A stretch of 64,000 nt of DNA from Felis catus (Eukaryota), in contig NC_058368.1 of assembly GCF_018350175.1 (NCBI RefSeq), positions 25,174,001 to 25,238,000 on the forward strand, given 5' to 3'. Position 1 is the first letter of the stretch; each line of letters starts with the position of its first letter. Below, piece after piece: positions 12,698 through 24,883 of this stretch. Under the pieces are notes generated by a model. It searched no databases. It saw only the letters and a program-made list of their open reading frames with translations, and was not told the origin of the DNA. The translations under genes were made by a program, and so were the position numbers.

Positions 12698-12912
12698 AGG
12701 GGCGCCTGGGTGGCACAGTCGGTTGAGCGTCCGACTTCGGCCAGGTCACGATCTCGCGGTCCGTGAGTTCGAGCCCCGCGTCGGGCTCTGGGCTGATGGC
12801 TCGGAGCCTGGAGCCTGTTTCCGATTCTGTGTCTCCCTCTCTCTCTGCCCCTCCCCCGTTCATGCTCTGTCTCTCTCTGTCCCAAAAATAAAAAAAAAAT
12901 AAAAAAAAAAAT
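12698..12912 (+). mobile_element. SINEC_Fc, young variant
   Basis: TSD AAAAAGCGACACGT at 12684-12697 and 12913-12926; CpG-rich, long A tail. Confidence 0.97.
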
Positions 12913-14730
12913 AAAAAGCGACACGTGACCTAGAATCTGCAGGAAAAGAACATTCCTAGGCCGAGCCCTTCAAGGCTCAGGGGAAAACATCTGCTGGGCA
13001 GGGGCTAAGGAGAAACCAAGAAACAAAGCTGCAGGGCTGGGGCTCTGAGGGTCAGAGGGAGGAAGTCAGAGCCTCATGAATGCTGAGGGTCCTGGGCTTC
13101 CTCTGTGTGCGTTGCGGGTGTAGGGGGGTGTCTAGAAGCAAGGTGGGGACTTCCAGGATGAATCCAGGGAGCGAGAAGAGAGCAGGAAGAAGGGCCATCC
13201 TGCAGCCAAAGCAGGATAATGACAAAGGTCCAGAGAGTGTCTGTCACTGGAGCAGGTGTGACATCGGAGAAGGAGAAGGGTCCCTGTGCTCGACCCTTGG
13301 GAACTCCTCGGTGGGGGATTAAGAGGGAGAGGTGTCTTCAATGTGTTAGTAGCTATGACCGCCTTGGGGAAGGATGGATGGGAAGCCCATTAGAGGTGTC
13401 ACGACATCCAGAAATGACCAGGATCCACACTGCGGATGGGGCTGGGCGGTGGGAAACACAGAGGTGACGGGGGAGACAGGCAGAATGGAGAAGCTTCTAT
13501 CTAGAAGCTTCTAGCCCGGATAGAACCAGGCTTCTATCTCTGATTGCTCCACAGGGTCTACCTGGCGCCTTGCCACTGACGGGTGCCAGGTGAGTACCCA
13601 TGTTTGCGGAACAAACGAACACACGAGACAGCTCAGAAGCCTGGGAAAGCAGCAAGCGGGCAGACAGGTGCAGCCGCAGAAAGCACTGCCTCCCGTGTCA
13701 CCTCTCGGTCACCAAGACGTGTCCTAAGAGACATGGGCTTTCTTACTTTCCCCAACTGGTACCTTCGGCAGAAAAGCGAGCTGGGAGAAGTGGGTCATCT
13801 GGAGCACTAATTTACAAAGAAGTGAAAAGGTCAGTTCAGATTTAAGGCCCTCCCTGGTGATGAGGCGATGCTGAGCACATCCCTTCCCGGTTGGGAGCGG
13901 GGGGGGGGGCCCCCCCCCCCCAGCTTTGGTTTGGGGCCATCGGTTTCCCTCCCGGTGATTTGTGGTGGGGAGTGTGGCAGGAGGGAGGCTCCGGGCGTGG
14001 AGGCCGCTGTGCCTTCCCTGCGTTTTCTCCTGCATCTTCACTCCCGTTTATTAGTGTGATGCTCCCGGCGTCGAGATAATGATTTAAAAGCTCTAATTTT
14101 GTTACATCCTGAAGCCTGCCTGCCATCAAGCCTGATTGTAATGAGATTTGGGAAGGAGCTGGGCTCTTAGCTGGGGTCAATTCATCTCTGGGAGAAAGTG
14201 CTACCATCAAAACGCCCAGGAATTATTAGCACTTAGAGGATGGCTGAAGAGGCCCTATTAATGTGAGATGCCCGGGGAGTCAGGCCTGACGTGTGAGGTG
14301 CAATTATATTTCTTCTTTATTTCCCCCGGCTTCATATTTAAGGGTGAAGAAAAGATGGGTAAGTAAGAGCTTGTGAAAAATCAATAAATATTTATTAAGC
14401 GCCTAGAACACGGTCCTACCACCTTACCTGTCTGCACAACGTTCCAGCCTCACGAACGTGAGCACAGGAGCCCACACGGTAGCTCTCTTACTCGCCTCTC
14501 AGCCCTCCCCTGAGACAGCACAGCATGGCCTGCTTTCCTATTTTTGCTTCCTAATAAATGAGGAATCCAAGGCACAGAGAGAATACATCCCTGTCTCTCA
14601 GGATCTAAGTCTGGATTGGCCAATTCCAGCCCACTGTGTCCACAAACCACGGAGCACCTCTTTGTGCGCTAGGCTCCGTGGTGTGGGTGGGGTGGGCAGG
14701 GGCTGCAGAGAAAGCCAGCACCTGCTCTGA

Positions 14731-14880
14731 CAGTGGTTCTCAGCTCTGCCCGCCCTTTGGGCCCATCTAAGAAGCTTTAAAAAAAGAAAAAAAAAAAGTA
14801 AAAAATGCCAAACCTGGGTCCCTCCCCCAGAGACTCTGCTCTAGTCACATGACAGCAGGCTTAGACCTTTGGAGCTTCTA
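14731..14880. mobile_element. MER5-like hAT-Charlie remnant
   Basis: cagtggttctca...agctttaaaaa...tgccaaacctgggtccctcccccagagactctg. Confidence 0.55.
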
Positions 14881-15214
14881 GAGTGTGGGAGAGTGCGGTG
14901 TGCCAATCTCAGCCTATCAATAACCAAGGTTGTGATCGGACTGGCCTTTGTGGTCCTACTAGGACTGCAAGATGCCCGTAGCTATAACCATCAGGAAACT
15001 GAAAACTAAAGGTTTATCATCTATAGGACCTGGAAATTACATAGTACTCTGGGACCACACAGCCGGTCATGTAGAGGGAGAGAGGGAGAGAGGGAGGGGG
15101 AGGGAGACCTTAGCCAAAGGTCTGCTTGGGTCCTGCTTTTACTGAGGTTGCTCCCGTGGGGTCTAGGGTTTCAGGACTCACTCTTAATTACTGATTTTAA
15201 AACACAAAAGCAGG

Positions 15215-15412
15215 GGGGCGCCTGGGTGGCGCAGTCGGTTAGGCGTCTGACTTCAGCCAGGTCACGATCTCGTGGTCCGTGAGTTCGAGCCCCGCGTCGG
15301 GCTCTGGGCTGATGGCTCAGAGCCTGGAGCTTGCTTCCGATTCTGTGTCTCCCTCTCTCTCTGCCCCTCCCCCAAAAATAAATAAACGTTGAAAAAAAAA
15401 TTAAAAAAAAAA
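15215..15412 (+). mobile_element. SINEC_Fc, young variant with internal deletion
   Basis: TSD AAAACACAAAAGCAGG at 15199-15214 and 15413-15428; lacks the gttcatgctctgtctctctctgt segment. Confidence 0.96.
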
Positions 15413-15487
15413 AAAACACAAAAGCAGGAACTTAAAGCACAGGAAGACAAAAAACAAGTGGTCCAAATGGTCAGTCATCAAAATCAA

Positions 15488-15677
15488 CAACTTTTAACGA
15501 TAGAGAACAAACTGAGGGTTTGACGGAGAAAGGTGGGTGGGGGACGGGCTAGATGGGGGATGGGTACTAAGGTGGGCACTTGGGATGAGCACTAGGTATT
15601 GTGTGTATGTGAGGAGTCACTGAATTCTAGTCGCGAAACCAGTATTGCCCTGTATGTTAACTAAAATTTTTTTTAAA
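15488..15677 (+). mobile_element. Carnivore L1 3' UTR terminal fragment (heavily 5'-truncated)
   Basis: atagagaacaaactgaggg...gatgagcactagg...tcactgaattcta...aaaccagtattgccctgtatgttaacta; TSD AAAATCAA at 15480-15487 and 15678-15685. Confidence 0.85.
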
Positions 15678-16896
15678 AAAATCAAGATTTCTAAAACAAA
15701 GGGGCAGGTGGCCTGGCCAGTTATCTGGTTGTTTGGCTGGCAATGTGTTTATCTGAACTAGTCATCTTTGAAGTGGATGCTTAGGCAATAAAAGCTACAG
15801 TCAGGTGCTCGCACTACAAAATACAAACCAAAAACCAACACTCAAGATTTACAGAGAGAAGGAAGAATATGGTAAGAGACGGGTGAGTGGCAGGGGGCCT
15901 GTGCTTACTCTATTTTTATTAATAGCAACACTTTATTGACAAAACGACAGGCAGGTCCCCTGCCTGCTGCCTGGCCTTATCACATTCAATCCTACTAACA
16001 ACGCTGTAGGGCTGGGGACATTATTGACACTTGTAGGGAACTCAACATGGCGTAGCGAAACAAATAAAGGGTTTGGAACTAATAGGAATTGACTTCAAAA
16101 CCAAGGTCTGTCGCTTGCTATTTGTGTGATTTTGAACGAGTCACTTAAATGTCCTTAAGTCAAATTTGCCTAGTTGGTAAATGGGATGTAAAAATTTGCC
16201 CCGACTTAGGTTGTGTGACGACCGCAGGGATGAAAGTGTATCTTTGAACTTTGTAGAGTTTACTCTGTGAGCCATAAAACATCATCCCCGTGTTACGACG
16301 GAGGAGAAAACTGAAGCTCAACACCAGTAAGCAATTTGCCCAAGGTCACAGGTCGGGACCCAGGCCTCGGGTGAGACAGGCCCACTCCTTCTGTTATGAT
16401 TCAGCACCACTCACTATACTGTCTGTAGGATGTCTCTAGGAGGAAGCCACCAGAGGGTCACTTTCACAGTCCCTGCCTCCCCAGAACGCATTCACGTCTT
16501 TTGGCCTCTGCCGAAAAGGGACACTAGGACAATTCTGGGTGGCCAGAAGCTGGAAAGGCTTCCCATTGTCTTTGGGTAGCGAAGATTTTGAGACCAAAAT
16601 GTTTCCAGGGCTTTGGGAATCACAGAAGAGACCAAGCTCTCTAGAGTCAAAGAGTTTACATTCAGATAATTGAAGAATTTTAAAGCTGGAAGGCATATCA
16701 ATCATAGCTTCCGCGGAAAAGAAAAAAAAAAGAAAGAAAGAAAATTGGAAAAACTCCAGAGGTAGAATGAGATTTAAGGTTTCTCAAGTAGTGCCTATAA
16801 AAAGACTTGCCAGGGAAACCACAGCGGACTCGCCTTGCCGAGAGCGGCCCCAAGAATCGGCTGAAATGGTGGACAAGTGATTTAAAAACTCGGAAG

Positions 16897-17066
16897 CAGT
16901 GATTCTCAGCAGTGGCTGCCTATCAGAGTCGCTGGGGAGCTTGTGCACGATTCCAAAAGCGGCGCCCACCCCAGACCAATTAAGTCAGTACTCTGGAGTT
17001 AGGGCTGGGCTGGCAAAGCTCCTCAGACAATTCAATTGTGCAGTTTGAGCTGAGAAACCGCCACTC
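16897..17066. mobile_element. MER5B-like hAT-Charlie remnant
   Basis: cagtgattctca...ggctgcctatcagagtcgctggggagctt...ccaccccagaccaattaagtcag...ctgagaaac. Confidence 0.65.
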
Positions 17067-17179
17067 TGAAGCATCATGCAAATATGAGTTGTCATTCTAT
17101 TATGCAAGTAGACCCAGGGCTACTATGGAATAAGGTACCCGCAGTCTACTGAGGTTCAAATAAGGACTGACCGCTGTAA

Positions 17180-17393
17180 TTTTTTTTTTTAATGCTTATT
17201 TATTTTTGAGAGAGACAGAGACAGAGTGTGAGCAGGGGAGAGGCAGAGAGAGAGGGAGACACAGAATCCAAAGCAGGCTCCAGGCTCTGAGCTGTCAGCA
17301 CAGAGCCCCATGCAGGGCTCGAACTCAGGAACCCTAAGATCATGACCTGAGCTGAAGTCAGATGCTTAACCGGCTGAGCCACCCAGGCGCCCC
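17180..17393 (-). mobile_element. SINEC_Fc
   Basis: Diverged TSD aggactgaccgctgtaa / aggactaaccactttaa. Confidence 0.95.
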
Positions 17394-17573
17394 AGGACTA
17401 ACCACTTTAATCTATAGCAGAAGGAACCAGTTGAACCAAAGGAGCTGACTGTCCAGAGGGGGATTAAGAGAGTCCCCAGTGTTTGCCTCTCTCCAGGGTG
17501 ACCCAAGTGTAGACTGCCATGGAGGACCCATGACCTCCAGTCTTCATCTGTACTTTAACAAAGGAAATAAATA

Positions 17574-17783
17574 GGGGCGCCTGGGTGACTCAGTCAGTTG
17601 AGCGTCCGACTTTGACTCAGGTCATGATCTCACAGATCATGAGTTCAAGTCCTGCATCAGACTCTGTGCTGACAGCTCAGAGCCTGGAGCCTGCTTTAGA
17701 TTCTGTGTCTTCCTCTCTCTCTGCCTCTCCACCGCCTTCTCTCTCTCTTGCAAAAATAAACATTAAAAAATTTTTTTAAAAAA
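17574..17783 (+). mobile_element. SINEC_Fc
   Basis: Full head, CpG-decayed body, A-rich tail. Confidence 0.94.
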
Positions 17784-19078
17784 CCATGTTAATTTTCAAA
17801 ATGTGGAAAATAAAAATATAAAAAAATCTGTATCACCCATAATCTCATGGTCCAGGGGTAATCATTATTGATTGCCTTTTAAAATGTATTATTATTTTAA
17901 TTTATTATTTACCATTTATTATTTTGTTATTTATTTGTTATTTATTATTTTTGCCTTTTCCCCCAGTTATCATACGTACATTTGGCAATGAAAACTGAAG
18001 CTCGCTTTCTCAAGGCACTGATCACTGTTGAGTAATAATTCAGAGCTGAAGCTTAGCTCAGAAAAGATTCAAATTCAAATGCAGCTTATTTAATTACAAG
18101 ATAATTCCTTTTAGCACAGTGTGTTTTTACATGACCCAGTATGCTGCCTACTATACTTTAAAAAAATAATGAATTACTGGGGAAATATATTCACCTCTAA
18201 GACAGTTAACGGTGGAGCTGGGGAAAAAGCGCCCAAATCACATTTCTGGAGGACTGCAGTTTTTCTGCCGACTGCTCCCAAATTATGAGAGTGGGATAGT
18301 ATACAGGGCTGAGCTGAGATCCCGGGGTCTCCAGAGAGTGCTGAACAGGTCTCAGGACTAGCCCTGGGAGTTTGGACCGGGAGCCCCTGGAGCCGGACTC
18401 CTCTGAGACGCCCTGGGTTCCGCTTGTCGCTTGCGGTGGGGAACACGTGCCCCCAGAGCAAAGGCGTGTAGTCTGAGCCAGGAACACTCGGCTATGATGC
18501 ATTCCCCGGAACCGCCGCCGAGGGCCCCATAAATCACTCCTGGCTCTTCCCCAGGGCCTCAGCCCCGCTTCGTGGCGGGTGGTGCTGCGAGATAAGCACC
18601 CGAAATCGATTCAGTGCGTGGAAAAGAACGTCCAGGTGTATCACAGTGAACGAGGGTCCGGGCTCTCTCTTCCCACCCAGCTTGCAGAATGGAATTCCTC
18701 CCCCCACCCCCGCCTCACTGCTTTTCTGCCTCACACTTGTTGATCAGCAAAGCAAAATTCAGGAACAGGTATTTCCCGGGGGCCGTAACTAGGTGATGAG
18801 ACGATTAAGAGGGCCACAGAGTCATTGAAAGAACACTCGCTTCTAATTTGCATCTGTTGTGGTTAATCAGGATGAAGGTTAAAGTTCTCTCCAGCACTTT
18901 TGCACTTTGAAGTCGAATTGTTCTTATGGAACCAGTGTATTTTTGACTGCCTACTATATGCCAGGCACTGTGCTAGGTCCTGGGACACTGTGGTTTGGGC
19001 CCTGAGGAAGCTGACAGTTTAGACGGGGAGACACGAAATCAAATCGATGTCGCATGCTGTGTTTGGGCGACTAGTCCC

Positions 19079-19516
19079 TGTATTCGTTTCCTGGGGCCAC
19101 CAGAACAAAGTACGACAAATCGGGTGGCTTTGGCAGCAGAAATGTGTGGTCTCACAGTTCTGGAGGCTGGGAGTCCCAGATCAAGAGGTCCCCAGGGCTG
19201 GTTTTTCCCGAGGGCTGTGAGGGAGAATCTGTCCTATGCCTCTCTCCTAGTTTCTGGTGGCCTCAGGAGTTCCTTGGCCTGTAAATGGTGCTTTCCCTGT
19301 GTCTTCACATCATCTTTCCTCTGTAGAGGTCTGTCTCTGTGTCCAAAAATTCCCCTTTTTATAAGGACCCCAAGTCATATTGGATTAGGGCCCATCTTGA
19401 TGACCACGTTTTAACTCGATCACCTTCCAAAACCCTATTTCCAATAAGGTCACACTCACAGGCACCTGGGGTTAGAACTTCAACATCCTTTTCAGGAACA
19501 CAATTCAACCCATAAT
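19079..19516 (-). mobile_element. MaLR solo LTR (MLT1B/C-like)
   Basis: tgtattcgtttcctggggcc...tctcacagttctggaggctgg...ataaggaccccaagtcatattggattagggccca...cacaattcaacccataa. Confidence 0.85.
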
Positions 19517-19862
19517 TGCACGCATATATATTTACGAAGCGGAGAGGGGACCACAGGGGAGGGACCACAGATCGTGGTGGGAGAGTCCCAGGAGGAGAGA
19601 GAGAAGGCCCGGAGGGAGGGGTTAGCCTCCTAGAAAACTAGACCAGCAGTCACACGACAGGAATAAGCCCTACAGCTAAGTCCACTCCAAGGGCCCCAGC
19701 ATCAGGGCAAGAAGCCCCAGGAAACCCAGAGACTCCCAGGCGGAGTCTGCTCTCTGCAGCAGGGTAATTTTGATATTGGCAGAGGGGATGGAGGAGGTAG
19801 TGGGGGCAGGGCACTGTTGCCGCTCGGAAGTACTCTGGAATCGTATACGCTGTCATCTTGAG

Positions 19863-20415
19863 CAGGCCAGCCCCCGATATTTGTGAGGCCCGGGGCATAG
19901 GGAAGCCCTCATATCATATGTCTCTGCACTTTGAAGTCGTAAATCAAGCTATCACGCTGTTAGACAAAATATGTTCTATTTTCCCACCTTTCCACACATG
20001 ACCTTGTGACAACCTGGAAGCCCAAGCTCAAGTTCCCGATTCCTGGACTCCGAGGAGCTCCTCACCAGAATGTAGTTGCGGGAGGGAGGGGAGCCCGCCC
20101 CTGGCCCAAAGCCCACACCCCTTCTCAACCTACCCCCGGCTCCATCCCATAACGCAGGGGCCACTCCTGCGTAGGTGTGGACGCCCAGCCCACACATGGA
20201 AGCTTCATCCACCCCTCCCCTCTGCCCCCACAAACAGAGCCTCCTGACCACCCCCTTGGCTTAAGGTTTGTACTGGTGGCATGATATGTTCTTGACTGGG
20301 GGCCCTGCAGGGTGCAGGCCCTGTGGACTCTGCCCTGTGGGTGGGTGCAGCCCGGGGTGGGCCTCTGAAATGCAGGCCCAGGCAGGGGCTCTGCTGACTG
20401 GATATAAGGCCTGTT
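19863..20415. mobile_element. FordPrefect-like hAT-Tip100 DNA transposon remnant
   Basis: caggccagcccc..atttgtgaggcccggggca...taaatcaagcta...aaaatatgttctat; shares these motifs with 48728-48860. Family name from recall. Confidence 0.55.
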
Positions 20416-21525
20416 TCACCCTTGAACACACATTGGCCAACTGTGTGGCCACCTGAGAAATAACTTTCTCCTGAATACCAACTTCTGGGAAATTCTCTCT
20501 TATCTAATTTTCCTCAGTCCCCCCTCCAAAGTCTGACTTCCCTTTTGCTATTTTTTTCTTAAATTTGGAATTGTGGATTTCCTGTAGAGGCCCTTGGTCG
20601 CCCGACTCTTCCCCGACGGCCACCTCTCCCCACACACGACCTCCATCCCAGCCATGCCCCCCAGACACGCCTACTTCCTCCTGCCTCTGTGAATTGGTGC
20701 CCACTGTCCTTCCTTTCTTCCTGACATGCTCTTCCCACCTTGTGTCTGTTAGAAATCAAGTGCAAACAGCAAACGGTAACAACAACAAAACAGCGGCTCA
20801 CGTACGACTGGTCGTGGTGCTATGTTAAAGCAGGCAGGAGGCAGGCAGGCAGGCCCACGATAGCATGGTGACCACACAGGCCCTCGGGGGCCGGCCTTCT
20901 AAGCCTTTCTACGCCAGCCTCTCACTTCCTTTCTCAGCATTGCAGAAGATCACCAGCTGGCCCTGGCAGCCTGAGCCATCACAGGCACACAGCAATAAGA
21001 AGGAAGGACAAGGGTTAAGGGCACATGCACTGAGGTTGCTTTCCCTTAAAGAGCTTTCCAGAAAGTCCAACCATCAGCCTCCACTTACATCTCGATGGCC
21101 ACCCCCATCTATATGGTAGGCAGGAAATATGTACTATTTGGCCAAGCACTTGACGGCCCCCGACGAAACTCAGGCGCACTTCTGAAGAAAGACAGGGAGA
21201 TTGGGTGCTGAATGGTCACTGGCAGTTTCTGTTCTGCGGGTGCCTATCCTCAGGGTTTGGCTCAAGGGGCACCTCCTCCAAGAAGCCCTCCATGCCTTGC
21301 ACAGGCTCAGTCATGTGCCCTTCTCTTTGATCTCTCCGTGCCCTTTTCACGGCTCTGGTTTAGCATTTACCTAGTGCCCCGGAAAGGTGGGGTTTCTTGT
21401 CCATCTCTCCTTAGAATATGAGCACCCAGGGGGAAAGGCTGTGCTTTATTCATCTCTGCATTACCTAGTACCCGCACCTGACAGGGACTAAGAGTAAAAC
21501 TCTTTTGCAGGAATTACTATTTTAT

Positions 21526-22031
21526 TGTGGTAGGCTGATAATGGACCCCAGAGGTGTCTGCGTCCTAATCCCTGGATCCTGTGAACGCTACCTTCTATGG
21601 CAAAGTCTTTCCGGTGTGATTAGGTGAAGGCTCCTGAGATGGGGAGATTGTGTGGCGTTACTGGGTAGGCCCTAGATGCAATCACATGTATCTTTAAAAG
21701 ACAGAGGCCAGGAGAGATTCGGCACAGACACACAGAGGAGGAGATGATACAAAGGCAAAGCGAGGAGACAGTCGAACACACTGGCTTTGGAGACTGGAGT
21801 GACCCAGCCCCAAGCCAAGGGACGCCAGCAGCTACCAGAAGCTGGAAGAAGCAGGGACAGATTCTCCCCCAGAGCCTCCGGAGGGACTCGGCCCTGCTGA
21901 CAGCTCGGCCTAGTGTCACTAACTCCAGATTTCTGACCTCCAGGACCGTGAGAGAATAAGCTTCTGGTGTTTTAAACCACCGAGTCTGCGGTGGTTTCAA
22001 TTTGTTACACCAGCCTTGGGAAAATAATACA
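21526..22031 (+). mobile_element. MaLR solo LTR (MLT1D-like), full length
   Basis: TGTGGTAGGCTGATAATGG...AATACA termini; near-perfect 5-bp TSD tttat/cttat. Confidence 0.88.
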
Positions 22032-22113
22032 CTTATTTGCCGCTTTAAAACAACATCATCATTTAATGTAACTACAGACATAAACATAACAAATACATCT
22101 ACGTGTGTATATG

Positions 22114-22516
22114 TGTCTTAGTTGAGGATCCCCAGAAACCAACCCTGAGACAAGGACACGAACACAGGTAGTTTATCTGGGAGGTAAACTGAGGGAAGTG
22201 AGACCATGAGCCACAAACGGAAGGCAGCCACATAAGGTACACAGATGAGCAAGTTACCGCCGTCGGCACCTGGGGCGCAGTCACCCTGGGGACCCACTGG
22301 GAGACGTGGGACATGCCTCAGAGTTACCCATTAAGAAGGAGGAATCTGGGTATTTCCCTCCAGTTTCTGGTCATCACGTGTCAACAGCTGCCCCTGGGGC
22401 AGGGTCGCAGACACTCGCCGGGTGAGGCACCAGCGTGTGTGGGAAGGGTGCGTGGCCAGGGAACGCGGGCCGGGCACCTGCAGCAGATGAGTAACGCACA
22501 TGCTGTGTTCCCTACA
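22114..22516 (-). mobile_element. ERVL LTR (LTR16/LTR33-like)
   Basis: tgtcttagttgaggatccccagaaaccaaccctgagacaagga...gtagtttatctgggaggt...agcaagttaccgccgtcggcacctgg. Confidence 0.6.
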
Positions 22517-22696
22517 CACACACACAGGAGACGCCCACGGGGCACAGCGTGTGAGAGCAGGGGCTCGGGGCTCTGACCACCCCCACATCGTATTCTCCTC
22601 TCTAACATGGGAATAGCGATGCTGCCTGACTCATGCCATAGGAGGAGTAAAAAATACATAAAAACACAAAGCCACATATAAAACATTAATATACGT

Positions 22697-22751
<55 letters not shown>

Positions 22752-22765
22752 GTATATATATATAT
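22697..22765. repeat. Imperfect (TA)n microsatellite
   Basis: Read directly. Confidence 0.95.
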
Positions 22766-23036
22766 TACAGGGCTAACCGTGATCCAGACGCTATTTTAAG
22801 TGTCTTCTGTAAATGACTCATTTAACCCTCAGTAATACTAAGAGGCTGGTGGGATTACTATTCCTATTTGCCTATGAGGAAACTAAGGCACTAGCTAGGA
22901 AGTAGCCGGGAAGGGGATTTGGTCTAGTGCAAATTCAGTGCAAATCCTAGTCATCAGGTAGTACTGCCTTCTTTCAATGGATTTATATTACCTGATCCAA
23001 TGCAATGATTACCTGGTCGGTAATAAGCTCTCACAA

Positions 23037-23038
<2 letters not shown>

Positions 23039-23080
<42 letters not shown>
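23039..23080. repeat. (TTG)14 trinucleotide microsatellite
   Basis: Perfect run read directly. Confidence 0.97.
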
Positions 23081-23081
<1 letters not shown>

Positions 23082-24316
23082 GATCCCCAGTGCCTACTGC
23101 TGCTACCTAAAGGCACAGGTGGTTCCCACAGACACTCTGCGATCTTCTCCAGCCACATTGGGTTGGCTGTCCCAGGGCAGGTGAGAAGCAGTTCAACGCG
23201 GCCCAAAGTGAAAAGAGCCCCCTGCGGAACTGGAACTCACGTGATGTCAGAGAGCAGTCCCCCTGACCCTTCGCCTTCCTGGAGGCCAGGCGGGCGAAAG
23301 TGAGCAGTGCACTTTGTTAGTGCTCGACCCTGGAGCACGCGAGCACAAGAGCAGAGTAGTTCCGGGGCGTGGCCACGAGAGGGGCTGCTTGCCTAGGGCT
23401 GTGCTGATATTTACATTCAGATGAATGCTAAATCCTCAAGGGTTTCGGGACTCAACGTTCTAATTTATAATGAGACTTTCAAAGACAGGTGCATATGCAT
23501 AGTTTTCCAGGCCACGTGTTAGTGGAAATAAGCGGCTGTAAACACCTCTCTTCTTTAGCTGGGATATGAACAGGTGTCCCTGGTTGAACCTCACTTCACT
23601 GTCTTTATTCCAGTCTCGGCATCAGGATCCTGAAGTGAGGCCAGCAGAAACAGGGCCACCAGTTTGCCAGACCGTAGGGCACCAGTCCCTGCGGTCTGTG
23701 TGAAAGCAGAGGGCCCCCTGGAGTTGTGCAATGGCATGGCATGGAAGAGAAACAAATTAGATGGAGCTTCTGGTCTCAGTCCAGGCCCCGCACACTGGGA
23801 GAGCAGGAGAGCCCAGCCTGGCTGCCTCAGCTTCATGAGAACCTGGGCAATGCAGCTAAGCTTCTCTGTGCCTCAGTTTTCTCATCTCTAGAGTGGGGCT
23901 GCTGATAATTCCTCACATACGACTGTGCTGTGAGGATTCATTGAGACAGTGCGTGTAATGTGAGTCCTGGTTTTTGAAAATGTTACGTGAATAGTATCTG
24001 TTATCCTTTTACTACAAGCATCCCCCCGCCCCCCCCCCCCCCCACACTGCCATGTCACTTTAACAGCCTCTGTCGGTTGTGTGACAGATGAAGAAATGAC
24101 TCCTAGGAAGTTAATCAGCTTGTCTGGGCTCTGGAGTCTCACTCCAAACTGGGGCAAGAATGGAATTCAGGGGTGTTTTTTCTACCCAGCCCTTTGAGAT
24201 CATCGTATGAATACCTGTAATCAGTGGGAAAAGCCAGAAAGTTTGGTCTTTCCTGGTGGATAAGATGTATTGCTTTCAAATGAATCAGGCAACCTAAGAT
24301 GCCAGGGCTTACCCAG

Positions 24317-24840
24317 TGTATTAGGGTTCTTTGAGGACAGAACCAATAGGATCTATTTTCCAAAAGAGAGAGAGAGAGAGAGAGAGATTTATTTTAAGCA
24401 ACTGGCTCATGCAATTGTGGGAGCTGTCAAGTCCAAAGTCTGCAAGGCAGGTGGCAGGCTGGAAACCCAGGAAAGAATTGATGTTGTGGCTTGAATCTAA
24501 AGACAATTTGCAGGCAGAATTCCCTCCTCCTCATGGGAGGTCAGTCTGTTTTCATTTAAGACCTTCAACTGATTGGATGAGGCCCACTCACATTATGAAG
24601 AATAATCTGCCCTTCTCAAAGTCTATCGATTTAAATTTTAATCTTATCCAAAAAGAAAAGAAAAGAAGAGGCTCCTGGGTGGCTCAGTCGGTTGAGCATC
24701 CGACTTCAACTCAGGTCATGATTTCACAGTCCGTGAGTTCGAGCCCCGCATCAGGCTCTGTGCTGACAGCTCAGAGCCTGGAGCCTGCTTTGGATTCTGT
24801 GTCTCCCTCCCTCTCTGCCCTCTCCCACTCAGGCTCTGTA

Positions 24841-24883
<43 letters not shown>

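Larger units (their letters stand above)
14932..15818. mobile_element. Possible LTR-like element of unassigned family hosting a SINE and an L1 fragment
   Basis: TGT...ACA-bounded segment with LTR-like character; family not recognised. Confidence 0.3.

Noticed and set aside
16400..16420. TTCAGCACCAC resembling a REST/RE1 site
   Set aside because: Left half-site only; the GGACAG right half is absent.
22977..23303. Poly-Cys and antisense poly-Gln ORFs
   Set aside because: Translations of the (TTG)14 microsatellite.
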